Shown piece by piece: positions 30,251-46,379 of a DNA stretch of 64,000 bases. The stretch is from the NCBI RefSeq assembly GCF_009914755.1, contig NC_060925.1; one strand, given 5' to 3'. The stretch's first letter is position 1. Every line of letters begins with the position of its first letter. Source of the DNA: the human T2T-CHM13v2.0 reference genome, Homo sapiens. A model generated the notes under the pieces. The model saw only the letters and a list, made by a program, of their open reading frames with translations. It was not told where the DNA came from and did not search any database. Both the position numbers and the translations under genes were made by a program.

Positions 30251-32626
30251 AACCAAGAAAACCAGAGCCTTGTAGATGTCATAGGCTGAGGCTAAAAACC
30301 CCACTTTGTTTGTGTATTTTGGTCAAGATAGCCAAAGAAAGACAGCATAATAAAACCTACCATTGTTCTTGGTTTTATTGGCATTGTCAATAACTTGCAA
30401 CATGAGTTGTGAAACATCATTTATTCACTTGATAAAATTTGTTGTGTACTTATTATGAACAAGATTGTGATTAAATGTCTGAAATGCAAAGCAAAATAGA
30501 ATATGGCCCCTATACTTGCCCAATTCATAGGAGAGTAAGGGCACAAGGATATTCAGTGCCAGTATAATGGCTACAATATGATCATTAGAGATCATAAATA
30601 TCCAATGATTCACATATTTATGATAAGTAATGATCTAGATATTTCACAGTAAGAATGCTGTGAAAGCACTAAAGAGGAAGTCTTGGGTTATACAGAGGTT
30701 GCCTAGGGGCATCAGTAAGTGTTTAAAGGAATATTTGAATTGGATTTCGTAGAATGACTGAGAATTTGTCAGAAGAGACAAAGAATATTTTAGAGAGCGG
30801 AACAGTCGTGGCAAAGGCATGCAACCTCAGGGCTTAATCCTATCTCTGTTACTTAAAAGAGAGAATTATTCATCTTCCATTTATGGAAATGTAATTCTGA
30901 CGACCAGGATTATCTGTTTGGCTGGGCATGGTTCAACAGAAAGGAACACCAAGATAATTAGAAATTCTGATAACATTGTCACTCTGAGGTCCATTATCTC
31001 AAAATTTACTTAATGTACTCAAAATGTTTTAACCCTAAACATAAGCCTAATCATTCTGCTTCATGTCACCAAACCTCTGGTTCAATAGGCAAATGTGCCT
31101 GATATTTCTCCTCTGGCCAGCCTCTAGTGATTTCTGCCCTGGGAGTATTGTTAGAAGAATCATTCCTTCATTGCTACAACTAACCATAGTCTGTGATCTC
31201 AGATTTGAGGTTCCTACTAACCATTAAAATTAAGTAAGCTTCTTTTAAAAGTATCATCATCATTACTATTTGCAATATGCCGAGAATTGTGCTAAGCTTT
31301 GAGCAGGAATAAAAAAAGTTTTCCCCCCAGGACCTTCACTAAAGGAACTGACAGTGTTACTAAGGAGACAATCCTCAAAATTATGAAATAATTGGGAAAC
31401 AATTACGGCCCACAAATATTGACAGAGTAGTACATTCCCTCCAACGGATATAACACATATGCTGAGGACACACTAAATGAAATTCGATGAGAAATTCACT
31501 TCTCTACATTTTCAGTATCTTTTTTGAAATGCAAATATCCAGGAAACAGTAGACTTTCTGAGGAAATTCCTGAGATAAAAGGTTCAGATGAGTTCAGGGG
31601 AAAGGCTTGATTTTCAAGTTTCACATGGTTCTGGAAGAGGTGAGCATGAAGAGGCTACCCATGAAGGTACTGGTTGTGTTGTATGTCAGCATAAGAGGAG
31701 ATATTAGAAAGAAGTAAGTAGACACCTGATACAAAGCATGCCTTGCTCAAAATTTTGCACTATATCATAATAAAATTTGCAACTATTTTTAAAAATCAAA
31801 AGAAGTTACCCTTTGGACAAATAACCAAAGTTACTTATGTATGGAATAAATATGCAGTTATTAGCCATCAGAATTTAAAGTATTTAATGACATGAGAACC
31901 CATTCATGATAAGTACGGAAAACAGCTAGAAAACCAATCATAATCCAAAGGAGGGAAAATGAGAGGGAAAAAAATATACCACAATGTTAATGGTGGTTGT
32001 TTCCCACAATATATGGGGTGTATTTCCCACCCTATTGCTTTTTTTAAAAAATTCTATGATGAATATGATTTACTCTAGTATTAATAACAAAATGTATTTA
32101 AATGGAAAACAAAATTCTCCCTGACATTAATTTTATGCAGGCTTCCATGGATTTTAGAGATAAACCATTATACCCAGTCACCACTGCTGTGTTGAAAGGT
32201 CAACATTGTTTAGGTTGCTTTACCCCAAGTCAATGCATTCCTGCTCCTGACTGCTCCCCTCACACGCCCTGGATGCTGCCTTTGACTCAAGGGAGATATG
32301 TGACTTGTCCTCTGTGGCCTCACTATCTAGCTTAGAATACACACTATGTTCAAGATGGAAAGGAATTTTGAAGACTCATGGTTTAAAGTGATATGACGAA
32401 ATATTCTACAGGAAACGAAGGGTGGACAGAATGTTTCTGAGCCCACAAAACAGAGGAAGTTCAAAAAATGAGTTTCTTTTTTGTTCGAATCTATTATTTA
32501 TTTTTCCTGGGTATGATATAAATCAGAGGACAGGAGACTCTCTAAAACACAAGATAAAAAAGATCTGGAGATCTGATGAAATTTACAATACTACAACTCT
32601 TTAAACATATTTTTAAATATAGGTAT

Positions 32627-32894
32627 TTGAGATAGGGTCTCACACTTATCACCCAAGCTGGAATGCAGTAGCACAAATATGGCTGATTGCAGCCTCAACC
32701 TCTCAGCCTCAGGTGATCCTCCCACCTCAGCCTCCTGAGTAGTGAAGTACAGGCATGCACCACCACGCCTGGCTAATTTTTGTACTTCTTTTGGAGACAA
32801 GATCTCACTATGTTGCCCAGGCTGGTCTCAAGCAATCCACCCACCTTGGCCTCCCAAAATGCTAGGATTACAGGCATGAGCTACTGTACCCAGC
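32627..32894 (-). mobile_element. AluJ with internal deletions
   Basis: Reverse J-type consensus. Confidence 0.88.
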
Positions 32895-33054
32895 AAAATA
32901 TTTTCAATATCTAGTAGAAAAAAGTTATTTTATCTAACTTAAAATCACAGATAAAATAAATATGAAATGTAAAGGGGTATTTAATACACATGTTGAAGGA
33001 ATGACCTAAAATTGTTTTGAGTGGTTTTTATAATTTTTAATATCTATTTCTCCA

Positions 33055-33125
33055 TATATATAACACACACATACATGTATACATACACATATACACACAA
33101 ACACATATATACATACACATATCTA
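33055..33125. repeat. (CA/TA)n degenerate microsatellite
   Basis: 'acacacacatacatgtatacatacacatatacacacaaacacatatatacatacacat'. Confidence 0.85.
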
Positions 33126-34610
33126 TAAATTTAACACATCCACATTACCAATCTTTCATCTCCTTTTATTTTTTATGTGACCAAATAAAGAACACCAGCA
33201 CCTGCCTAAAAAATGACTTCAGAATCCCCCTGTAAACACAGACAGACAGGACCATCTAAGCCAAAGGCACACACATAGTTCCACCCCAAAGCCTGGCTGC
33301 CATTGGGTCCAATCTGACATTGCTGCCTGACTTCGTTTTGGCTTAGACACAGAATATAGTCAGAGTATTCAAAGGGTACTATGGTGTTGTGGCGTTGTGT
33401 ACTGATAAGGTCCTGTCAGTATCAAGAGACTACAGTAACCTCAAACGAGTAGTGCCACTAAACTCGGATCCTCAACATTACTTAGCTTCTCTTCTGCTCT
33501 TGCAACAATTCCCAGTGCTGAGTTTCCAAAGAAACAGTGTGGTAGGGAAGCTGGCCACAAGGACCACCTGTTCTGATCATCATTAGAGTATGCTGTAGGG
33601 ACCTTTCTCAGGTAAGAGGCCAACACAAGTTTAGCAAAATCAGGTGTGAAAACACTAACCATGGAAGTAAAATCCGTCCACCCCAGCCATGAAAGAAAAT
33701 TTACAACTCCACAGAGAACACTTGACTGAGAAACCAAAACGTCTGAGGAAAGAAAACAAATGTGCCTACCTCTAAAGAACATTTCGCACAAATTTAAGGC
33801 AATTAAAACTTTTTGTTGAGTTTATAATAACTGTACAGCATCAAAATTCTACTGAGTGATTTATACTTCATCTCAAATCATGCAATGTTCCAGCACCTTC
33901 ATTTTTTAAATCAAGAAATAAAACACCAATGTGAATTACATAGATTCTTTGGATTTTCAAATACATGCATTCTTTTCCACTTGACATTAGATTTTTCTTC
34001 AGAAATTGGAATTTGATCACTGAAGAGCAAGGAGTGATGAACATATTTTCTGCAACCACTCTAACCTCAATGTTACCATCTCCCCCATTCCACATTCACT
34101 GGTTTCTTAGTTGGGGCAACCTTAATCTAATTATTTGAGATTTGTGACCACTAGGGATAAGAAAAATGACATGAATTAAAGGGGCATGAAATGAGTTTTG
34201 GAAGAATCCATAAATGAGTCTAATGTCCTAAGGATTAAACAAGCGAGAGAGAAAAAAACTGCAACATGACATACGGTCTTTTAAAAGATGTATTTTTGTT
34301 TCTGTTTAAGGACTTTTTAATCTTTAAATTCCAAGCTTCTATCTACAAAATTCAGGACATTTACATGTCCTCTGCTTGCCTCTTATTTTGCAAGAATTTA
34401 CCCTCTTTTTGCAAGATTATTACCCTCTTTCTTAAACCCCAAAATGAGAAAAGTTACTTTTATGTTTAATTTTTTGTACATTCTAGTATCTGTTGAGAAA
34501 CAAAGCCATGACAAAAAGGAAAAACAGGAACCCCACATCTGACAACAATAAAAAAAATTTTAGTTTCAAATATCACTCAATTGGCTGACACATTTCTTTT
34601 TCCTATGGGC

Positions 34611-34800
34611 CAACAGCTGCATGACTCACTGATGTATGTTTTGCCTGCCTTAGCTCTGAGTGGGTTGATGTAAATAGGAAGTGATGAGGAAAATCAAATT
34701 GGAGCAAACACATTTTTTCAAGACTGTAACAGGAAGAGATAGGAAGCCCAGGAAGATACTTGATAGGTATTCAACTCTGTAGAAAGGAGGAAGTAGCATG
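34611..34800. promoter_or_regulatory. Candidate enhancer (E-box, AP-1, FOX:ETS composite, further ETS/FOX sites)
   Basis: CAGCTG 34614-34619, TGACTCA 34622-34628, GTAAATAGGAAGTG 34670-34683, AGCAAACA 34703-34710, GTAACAGGAAG 34726-34736, in sequence I do not recognise as a repeat. Motif evidence only. Confidence 0.35.
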
Positions 34801-35073
34801 TTGAAGCACTCGGCTAGTTATTTTGAGTTGAACGGAAATGGGATATAACAGAGAAAGGACGCAGATAGGATGCATTTTGTTGCATAGCAACACAGAGGCT
34901 AGAAGCTACTGTACATAACTGAGACCATCTGTCTGTATGAAAGACTGAGGAGAAATGGTTTAAAACAAAGAAGAGTGAGGTTAATACATTTGCAAAGAAT
35001 AGATGAGGTTTCATATTCCATCTAAAAGGCAAATTTTGTGGTTATATAATAATACCTTAATATTTAAATGTGA

Positions 35074-35424
<351 letters not shown>

Positions 35425-35783
35425 TAATACATGAAACATGATGCCTTGTGCTTCCATCTTGCCTTTGTACTACACTCCCTGCTTTGGTTCAGCCACTTGC
35501 CTGGAAATTTCCAGAAAGGTTAGCAGGTGGTTAGGTTGGTGAGGTGGGTAGTGTTTGTGAACTTTGAAAGACCCAATTCAGCCCTAAAAGTCAATGCCCA
35601 ATAAAAATTGGTTATCTCAAAGACAAACCAATGGGGTGGGGGTGAGAGGTGGGGAGAGAAGCCCACCAAAGATAACGCCCACTTCTGTCCTGTGAGTTCC
35701 CCAAAAGACTTCCTGGGGAGTCACTTCTATCACAGACCCCTGACCGAATGGAAAGACAGGGAGCCACACACAAGAGTATTTCC

Positions 35784-36125
<342 letters not shown>

Positions 36126-36779
36126 TTAGGAAGCCCCTAGTACAAGTGGGGAAATGTGAGAAGTGGATAAGTTTACCCATTAGGGACAGGAAGTTCTCTC
36201 CAGAAATAATGTCTGATTTCCTGCTGCCAAAGGCTGTCAGCCCTGCTGCTCATTTTGCTTCTATAGAAATATGATAGCCTGTTTCCTTCCCTCTACTCCT
36301 GATACTCCCCAAACCTGCCCTTCTCCACACCATAGGCTATCAGCAACACTTTTCCAGAGACTGTGCCGCTGTCGCCTCCTCTTCCCTGGTTGACAGACCC
36401 ATCCTTGCTTCTCTCCCAAAGTGGGGCACAACAGAGGGGACAAAGAATCCATGTAGTCACCCACCAGTGGCATTCTTTCAGGAGAAATCGTGGTCTCTCC
36501 CAAAAAAGCATGCATCTGCTTCATAGAAACCTTCACTTTGGCATTACACAAAGCAGAATGCCACCCCAGCAATATTCTAGTTGGAGGAGGTCTTTATACA
36601 ATACCCATGGGGCAGAAAACCTCAAGGAGAATGCCAAGAATTAAAAAGAACATGAGCCAACACTGCCCTGGGAGAGGATGAGATGTAGGAGTGAATATTA
36701 GCCTATTTCCCACTGTTATCCTTTTTGGGGTAATGTTTTTATGTGCAGTATTTTTTGAGTATTAACTTCTTGCACAGTG

Positions 36780-37020
36780 ATGTTATAGATACACAGCACA
36801 TATAAGAACATGGACTTCAGTCAAAATACTGGGTTCCATGTCACACACCCCTCTTTGCCAGCCTGATGGCCTTTTGGTTTTCTCGTCTGTAAAATGGGCA
36901 TAATTACACCAAATACATCATGGGTTGGGAAGGATTCAGAAAGACAATTCACACAAAGCATATGCATAGTAAGCATATGCATACACAGTAAACCCTCATT
37001 AAATATCACCAATGAGCATT
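36780..37020 (+). mobile_element. MIR
   Basis: 'taagaacatggacttcagtcaaaatactgggttcc...tttctcgtctgtaaaatgggcataatt'. Confidence 0.65.
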
Positions 37021-37076
37021 CTGGCAAACCAATTTTGTCAGATAAAGTTAAGAATTTATCCATAAGTTAAGATCTT

Positions 37077-37362
37077 GGCCAGGCATGGTGGTTCACACCT
37101 GTAATCCCAGCATTTTGGGAGGCCAAGGTGGGTTGCTGACTTGAGCTCAGGAGTTTAAGACAAGCCTGGGTAACATAGTAAGACCCTCTCTCTACAAAAA
37201 ATAGCTGGGTGTGGTGACTCACGCCTGTAGTCCCAGCTACTCAGAGGCTGAGGTGGGAGGATCATTTGAGCCCAGGAGGCAGAGATTGCAGTGAGCCAAG
37301 ATCTTGCCACTGCATTCCAGCCTGAGTGCTACAGTGGAACCCGGTCTCAAGAAGAAAACAAA
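37077..37362 (+). mobile_element. AluJ
   Basis: J-type consensus; TSD aagatctt. Confidence 0.9.
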
Positions 37363-37974
37363 AGATCTTAATCCATATACAATAACTAAGTCTAAAATGA
37401 TGCATAATATTTGAAAATCTCTGCAGAAAAAGAAATGTGAAAAATAATTTTCCACATTGAAATATTAAAAAATCAAGATTACATGGCTCGTGCTATTTTT
37501 TTAAATGTGCTATTTTTTAGTGTGTATATTAATTAGTAACTCTGCATACACATTGAAAATTGAGCTTCAATTTTTGCTATATTAATCAAAAGTTGATTTA
37601 TTATAATCAGGCATTTCTTTTGATATGCATGCTAACCCAGAAGAATCTGGATCAAGATTCCTTATAGCATATTAAGTTTTAAGCAATGGAATAATTTTTG
37701 AGTTTTAGTCCTAAATTTCTTAAACCTTAAATATATCAGCAATTTCTCAAACTCATGTGTATAGCCTCTTATTTTTACTTAACATAGCTTACATTTACTT
37801 GTTATAAAGCTCTCATGAAATGAGACAGGCAACTGAGATACATGTACTCCAGGAGTAGCCACAGCAGAATGGCCAGGTCCCTATGCCTACAGTGCACTAG
37901 GAAACCGAGGCATGGTGTGGCTTAATGTTACAAGCACTTTTATCTCCTGCAGAGTAAGATAATGTAAAAAGCCA

Positions 37975-38180
37975 GGTACTGGGAGTCCAGAGACCAAGTT
38001 CAAACACCAGCTCCATCACCTCTAGCTGAGATACACTGGGCCCTCTGCTTAACCTCTCAGAGCCTTGGTTTCCTAATTTTTTATGGTATAAAGAATACTA
38101 CTTTGTAGTATAGAATTTTTTAAATAAAATTAAATGGGAATATGAAAGTACCTAGCACAAAGGAGGCATTCAACATGTGT
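37975..38180 (+). mobile_element. MIR
   Basis: 'gggagtccagagaccaagttcaaacaccagctccatcacctctagctg...cttaacctctcagagccttggtttcct'. Confidence 0.7.
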
Positions 38181-38843
38181 TAATTTCTTTCCATCCTACA
38201 ATTCATAAAACAAATTTCCTGTCCACATTGCTTTATCAGATACTTAAATGCAAGCACTATGTGTTCTTGGTCCTCAAATGACAGAAATGAAGTAACAATA
38301 AATGAGCGAACTGTCTCAGTAACTGTCTCTCTCCTGTACAGTAAGGAATTATCCTTGGTACATCTCACATGACTCTATAATGTGTGGGGAATGGGCTCTA
38401 CAGGGACCACTCCATGTGTCTTAGTCCCTCAAGTGTAAAAAAGAGATGGACCTTAGTTTCCATGCACTGCCTCATTTTATGCTTATTTTAATATATATTT
38501 TTCTCATAAGATGATTTTAAAAGTTAGACTGTCTTTTATGCATATGTGATATTAGTTCATATCAAGCTGTCTACCATACATGTGGTAGTTCTAGTTACAT
38601 AATTTGCAGATCAATTTATGTCAACATAAACCTGCCCCCCACAGGGAAATCTCAGAGATTCATACTTGGATCTCCTAAAAATCCTCACCTCTACTGTGTT
38701 CCTTATCCCCTACTTCAAGTTATACAGTAGTAATCAAGAAAAGGTGAACTCTGACAATCATACAGGCCAGGAATAAAGTCATGATTAGATTTACTAATTA
38801 AGAAAAGATATCTGTGTTAAAATATGTTCATCCTGCCTGGTTA

Positions 38844-39158
<315 letters not shown>

Positions 39159-39338
39159 CTATTGCTCTGAATAACACTCTCAGTAACGACCATATCAAAC
39201 CTAACTGCTGTCACATAAAGAACTTTTAGTTACGACTGAAAGGGGTTTCTTTTTCTATAACAGGATTTTCATTACATGAATAACCCCATATTTCAGAGAT
39301 TTGATATAACATTAAAAGAAACAGGCTTAGTCCACTCA

Positions 39339-39643
<305 letters not shown>

Positions 39644-39719
39644 CTACAAATTAGTAGGAAAACCCTAATTCCAGTTGGCCAATAATGAAAATTGTGCTTA
39701 ATTATAAGATGGACATATC

Positions 39720-39840
39720 TCTAAGAGAGAGAGAAAGAGAGTGTATAGAGAAGGAGGAGGAATGAAATGGGGAGGAGGAGGGAAAGGAAGACTACGAGAG
39801 GAGGAGTGGGAGAAAAAGGAGGAAAAAAAAGAAGAGGTTG
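39720..39840 (+). repeat. GA-rich low-complexity tract
   Basis: 'gagagagagaaagagagtgtatagagaaggaggaggaatgaaatggggaggaggagggaaaggaag'. Confidence 0.75.
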
Positions 39841-39849
39841 TGGACAGCA

Positions 39850-40050
39850 TGGACATAAATCTGAGGTTGGACCTCAGAGTCAGCCAGATGAACATGAGTT
39901 TATGTTCTGTCTCTGACCCTTGCGAGCTGCAGGACCTGTTACAAGTTATTGTAAACTCCATGCCCCTGAGTTTCCTCTTTTGCAAGGGAACAATTTTTTC
40001 TACTAAGGATGTCTCAGGGCCTGGCACAAAGATGATGCTCAACAAACAAA
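39850..40050 (+). mobile_element. MIR
   Basis: 'ctccatgcccctgagtttcctcttttgcaa...agggcctggcacaaagatgatgctcaacaaa'. Confidence 0.55.
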
Positions 40051-40141
40051 CGGCAGCTACCAGTGTCCATTTATACTGCTTTTACATACATGTATTTTCA
40101 TATATTTATCTCATGTGCCCCTTAGATTATTCCCCTCTTGA

Positions 40142-41275
<1,134 letters not shown>

Positions 41276-41349
41276 ATTTGCATCCCTTCCTTTTGGGACT
41301 GAGTCCCAACCTCCCCAGCCCCGCCCCATCCCACCCCAAGAAGATGGCA

Positions 41350-41470
41350 GAACAAGTATTACTATCCGCATTTTACATCTAAACTTAGGGTGCCAAAGGC
41401 TAAGGGATTCGCCTCAGCTGTTGCAGGCAGCAAGTGACTTGGTCTTCTGGCCCTGAATTCTTGCTCCTCC
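41350..41470 (-). mobile_element. MIR relic
   Basis: 'caagtattactatccgcattttacatctaaacttagggtgccaaaggctaagggattcgcc'. Confidence 0.5.
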
Positions 41471-42162
41471 TAGGGCAAGCTGGGCTTCTCCTGGGAGTCT
41501 GAGTTTACAGAAGCTGATGCTGCCTAGCACCCATTTAATCTCCTTCACTTCCGTGGATAGTGTGCATGTGAGTACCAGTTATTACTATGCACAATGTAAT
41601 GGAGCATTTAAAAAAGAAGATACCATCTTACCCTAATGATCACCTTTCTGCCTATGGTCAGATTAAAATCCCCAAGAAAAATAGAGTATTTCAGAAGATG
41701 AAGCACAAATAGCTTCCCTTGTTCTCAGCATTTGATTCTATTTTATTTCCTTTTCCTAATACTGTTTGAAATGAGCATACGACTAAGCAGTCATTTTCTG
41801 AGGCATCCAGTATGTAATTGTTGAGGAAATAACTTTGTTGAATCTGTCTTAGCTAATTTATTGTCATGTACTGTGCTGGGCTGAATTGCTACAAATAGTG
41901 ACATTGCTGGGTTCGTGTAGAATGCTGGGCTCCCCACCCCCACTCCCCCAGAGCACCTCCACCTCCTCCTCCAGTGTGTATGTACTGGGTTTTTACATGA
42001 AGTTTTTTGAATAAAAGATGTTGCAGTTTTCTTTAAGGTGGGATTGAAATCTATTATTCTAGATGATTATAAGCTTAACCAAAAGAGAAACTTGAAATGG
42101 AAGCAAGAGTCCCTAGACATAAAAAAGAACAGGACACTGGATGATAACAAGAATAAAATTTT

Positions 42163-42462
42163 GCTGGGCAGGGACAGTGGCTCATGCCTGTAATCCCAGC
42201 ACTTTGGGAGGCCCAGGTGGGCAGATCGCCTGAGGTCCGGAGTTCGAGACCAGCCAGGCCAACATGGAGAAACCCCCATCTCTACTAAAAAAAAAAACAA
42301 AAATTAGCTGGGTGTGGTGGCGGGTGCCTATAATCCCAGCTACTCAGGAGGCTGAGGCACGAGAATTGCTTGAACCCAGGAGGCAGAGGTTGCAGTGAGC
42401 TGAGACTGCGCTACTGCACTCGAGCCTGGGCGACAGAGCTAGACTCTGTCTCAAAAAAAATA
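42163..42462 (+). mobile_element. AluS
   Basis: Consensus; TSD aataaaat(t/c)ttg. Confidence 0.92.
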
Positions 42463-43449
42463 AAATCTTGCATTTTTAAATTATTTACTTTGTAGAGGAG
42501 CATATTAAACCTTGCAGATATTAATTTAGTTCTTACAGTTTCTTTCAGTTAACACAGAATTTTTCTTTCTAGAGTAGAACTGTGGAAACTGAGGGACAGC
42601 GAATTGCAATATACCTGCAGGAGTGTTATGGAGCAGCTGTTTGATTTCTGCCCTGCAGTGCTCTCAAGAAGCAGAGAAGAAAAGCAGAGAGTTAACTAGC
42701 TAGGGGCAGAGGTGACCCAGAGCAGGCAGGAGGCAAGCTCCTGTGACTCATTTGGGGCTGTAGCCCTTAGACCAAGGTTTGACAAGTGAGGGCAGTGGGA
42801 AGTTGCATAAACAGACCCACCACACACTGTGAGGCTTCTCCAAGTGAGAGGAAGAGAGAAGGAAAAGCCGATGTCTACCTACCCAGACAGCCATCTCACT
42901 AAGTGGGGCAGTCTCTGCATCTGTTTCCTGATGTACTAATGATGTCTTCCTGTGGTTCCCCGCCTTTTTTCTTCATGTCAATTATTTTGCATGTCTTTTT
43001 AATGCCGCCTTTTTAAAAGCTTCTTACATGTCTTTTTAAAAACTTAATATAAATTAAAATTGTATACAAATTAAATTCATTTATATGCTCACTTAAACGT
43101 TCCTTGAGTACTTATTCTATACAAACAGTGTGTGCCAGGGATATGGCAATGAAGGAAGCAGAGACAGTCCCTGCCTCTGTGGAGGAGTCTATGTCTGTGC
43201 TAGGAAGGTAACAGGCTGCAGATAGCCTTGCTTTCATTTTCAAGAAGCATCCATTTTTTAAAATCAAATTAATACAAATCTTACCTATATTAATGGGAAA
43301 ACTTCAGTGTTTAAAAGTTATGGCAAAAAAAAGTTTAAATTTTTACTATGTACTCAAAGGAATTCAAAGGAAACAGAGGCTCCTCCTTTTTGGTGGACGA
43401 AATCCACCGTAATAAAGTCCTAAAAACCTCCATTATCTTACCTTAAGCA

Positions 43450-43759
43450 TTTTTTCTTTTTCTTTTTTTTTTTTTTTGGAGACAGGGTGTCATTCTGTCA
43501 CCCAGGCTGGAGTGCAGTCGTACCATCACAGTTTTCTGCAGCCTCGATTTCCCAGGTTCGAGCAATCCTCTCACCTCAGCTTCCCAAGTAGCTGGGGCTA
43601 CAGGCGCACACCATCACGCCCAGCTGATTTTTTCTATTTTTTGTAGAGACAGGATTTTGCCATGTTGCCCAGGCTGGTCTCGAGCTCTTGGACTCAAGTG
43701 ATCCTCCCACCTCAGCCTTCCAAAGTGCGGGATTACAGGCATGAGCCACTGTGCCTGGC
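43450..43759 (-). mobile_element. AluJ
   Basis: Reverse J consensus; TSD cttaag(c/t)atttt. Confidence 0.9.
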
Positions 43760-43784
43760 TCTTAAGTATTTTTGACAAGACAGA

Positions 43785-43970
43785 GGCATTCAAAGTGTGG
43801 TCTCCAGACCTGTATCATCAGCATTACTTGGAAACGTGTTTGAGAGGCATGCTGTCTTGCCCCAGCCTAAACCTACCAAATCAGAAACTCTGGGGGTAGG
43901 GCCCAGCAACTCGTGTTTTAGTAATCCCTCCAGGTGCTTTTGATACATACTAAAATGTGAAAGCCATTTC
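43785..43970. mobile_element. MER5A (hAT-Charlie MITE)
   Basis: 'caaagtgtggtctccagacc...aatcagaaactctgggggtagggcccagcaac...ccctccaggtg...taaaatgtgaaagccatt'. Confidence 0.8.
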
Positions 43971-44994
43971 TATAAACTGTCAATCAAAGCCACTCCTAAT
44001 GACAAGGCTCTATGCCTCAACAGGTTGCTATTCCCCACACCTGGAACTGTTTAAATATCATTTATAGGCCAATTTTTAGCACCTGGTCCTTAGGCATGAC
44101 AAATTTGAGAATAAAACAAGCTTTACTAGGGTTCCCTATGAGCTCTGAGTTCTGCTTTGAGCAACCTCATCCTTTTTGTATTCGCTTGACCAAGCCTTGC
44201 TTTATTACTCAGTTGCAGTAACCCTGCCATATTATTCTTTGTAGCCTGTTGCAATAGTCCCAGCTAATATCGTGACCTCCTCATTTCCTAAATACACTAG
44301 GTGACAGCCGCCTAGCCTTGAAAACCAAGGTCAAGGTTTACCATTTCATACCTGTCTGCCAAACTTCAGTCTGATTCCGACGTACTATAGGATCCATTGC
44401 CTCCTGCTTGCTATGCAGTCTCTGTGAGTGGTGTTTCGTCACATGTTAAATCTTCCACCTGCTGATGGTAGCCATTGCTTCCCTGCCCACTTGGACCTCT
44501 GCCTGCAATGTGACTTTCCTAAGGTCACAGGTATTCATGACAATCAGTTGAAACATCCACCTGGCACTGGACAAGAGACCCGAAGCGTGTTCTATTTGCA
44601 GGTCTTAGAGACTAGTGGATAAACACCTTCCTATAATTGTATTCGAGAAATAAAATTATATTGTAGGAGATGAAATAGTAGATAATTGTGGTGCATAGGA
44701 ATCCTGTATCAAATATCTAATATTCTACAATATATGGAAGTCTTATGGGAAAAACACGTATTGACAATCCAACAATCTACGTATTATTTACAGAACAAAG
44801 ATTACCTTCAAAGTACCACCTTGATTCAATTACCTAGACTGAGGTTCCCACAGTCACTGGTAGAGTTCATGTCTATGTCATCCTCTGCTGCATCTCAGTA
44901 TCTAGCACAATATGTGGCAACATATAAACACCCCAAAAGTAGGTGTTGATTAAATGAAGGCATAGTCTATTCCCCTTTTCTTGCTTTCCAGCTA

Positions 44995-45290
44995 TTTTTT
45001 TCTTTAAGAGACAGGGTCTCCCTCTATCACCCAGGCTGGGGTGCAGTAATGCAATCATAGATTACCACAGCCTCAAGCTCCTGGGTTCAGGAATTCTCCC
45101 ACTTCAGCCTCCCAAGTAGCTTGGATTATAGGTGCAAGCCACTGCACCCCACTAATTTTTTATGATTTTTTGTAGAGATAGGGTCTTGCTATTTCATCCA
45201 GGCGGGTCTCAAACTCCTGGCCTCAAGCGATCCTCCCACCTCAGCCTCCTAAAGTGCTGATATTAAAGAGCTAAGCAACCATGCCAGGCC
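44995..45290 (-). mobile_element. AluJ
   Basis: Reverse J consensus; TSD agcta(a)tttt. Confidence 0.9.
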
Positions 45291-45429
45291 TAGCTAATTT
45301 TCAAATTAGCTTTATCATCATGATCACCTATTTATTAAATATCATTATATGAAACGTTAGAGCTGAAAAGGAATGCTAATTACACAAAGAGAACAAACAG
45401 AAAGGAGTGGGTTAAATCGAAACACATGT

Positions 45430-45560
45430 ACACTGTCCTGGGAGTCAGACAACCTGGATTCATCTCTCAGTTGAGCCACTGGTTAACCAAATTACCTGAG
45501 CATGTAATGTAACGCCTGGGTGTCTCACTTTCTTCATCTGAAAAAGTATGAAGCTGGATT
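45430..45560 (+). mobile_element. MIR relic
   Basis: 'ctgggagtcagacaacctggattc...gtctcactttcttcatctgaaaaa'. Confidence 0.6.
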
Positions 45561-45879
45561 CCCCTTCTGGCTCTATCATTCTAGTATCATAAAATGGACC
45601 AAGTCCCCCTGACTTTTTGTTACAGTGTATAAATAATGTAATTATTATAAACTAGACTGCCCAGTGTTATGTTCAGCTAAGAAAATCCTCAGTGAAGGTT
45701 TAATGTTGAACACCCCGATACACATGAGAAAAGTGGAAGACACTCATTTTTTTCTAGCTGCTGTCAAATGTTTATGCATGCTAGTTGTTCTAAAATGAGA
45801 AACTGGCCTAATGCTCCCCCACTGTGCCTAATGCAAGTAAAGATACAGGGAATTTTTGTTGTTGTTGTTTTGTTTTTTA

Positions 45880-46085
45880 ATACTGCTTAACTGGCTTTCT
45901 GGGTGAGTGTGGTGGAGGAGAGGAAATAAACCCCTTATTTGCAATGTTTGCCAATTACTGTGGTATAAACTCCCACTATGATCAATTTCAAGCTACCAGC
46001 ATGAAGCCACTGGAGGCGGAATTGGGAAGAGATGTACACAGTTCCGTCTCCAAGGCCAGAACAAGCCAGTTTCAACACACCACTG
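45880..46085 (-). mobile_element. MER63A-like (hAT-Blackjack) DNA transposon
   Basis: Minus strand 'cagtggtgtgttgaaactggct...catctcttcccaattcc...ggtagcttgaaattgatcatagtgggagtttataccacag'. Confidence 0.7.
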
Positions 46086-46379
46086 GCTGAATCTCACCAA
46101 TCATTTTATTTATTTATTTATTTTGATGTATCTGAGTATTTTTAAGTGTTTTAAATTTTATATGTGTATTCTAGGAATATGCACTCAGATTCTTTCATTA
46201 GGCATGTGTTATTAATAACGTTCATCTTTTTTTATTTTTAATATAGAGACAAGTTCTCTAAGTTAAAGAGAAAGTGGAAAGGAGAAAACAGAGACATCAA
46301 GGATAAGAATAAATATTATTTGGTTTAGACCAAGCACACTTTGAAATCAGGTCAGGACAACCTCTCACACCGTCAAATC

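Noticed and set aside
42600-42960. Possible old LTR or enhancer (contains TGACTCA)
   Set aside because: I could not assign a family or boundaries, and a single motif is not enough.
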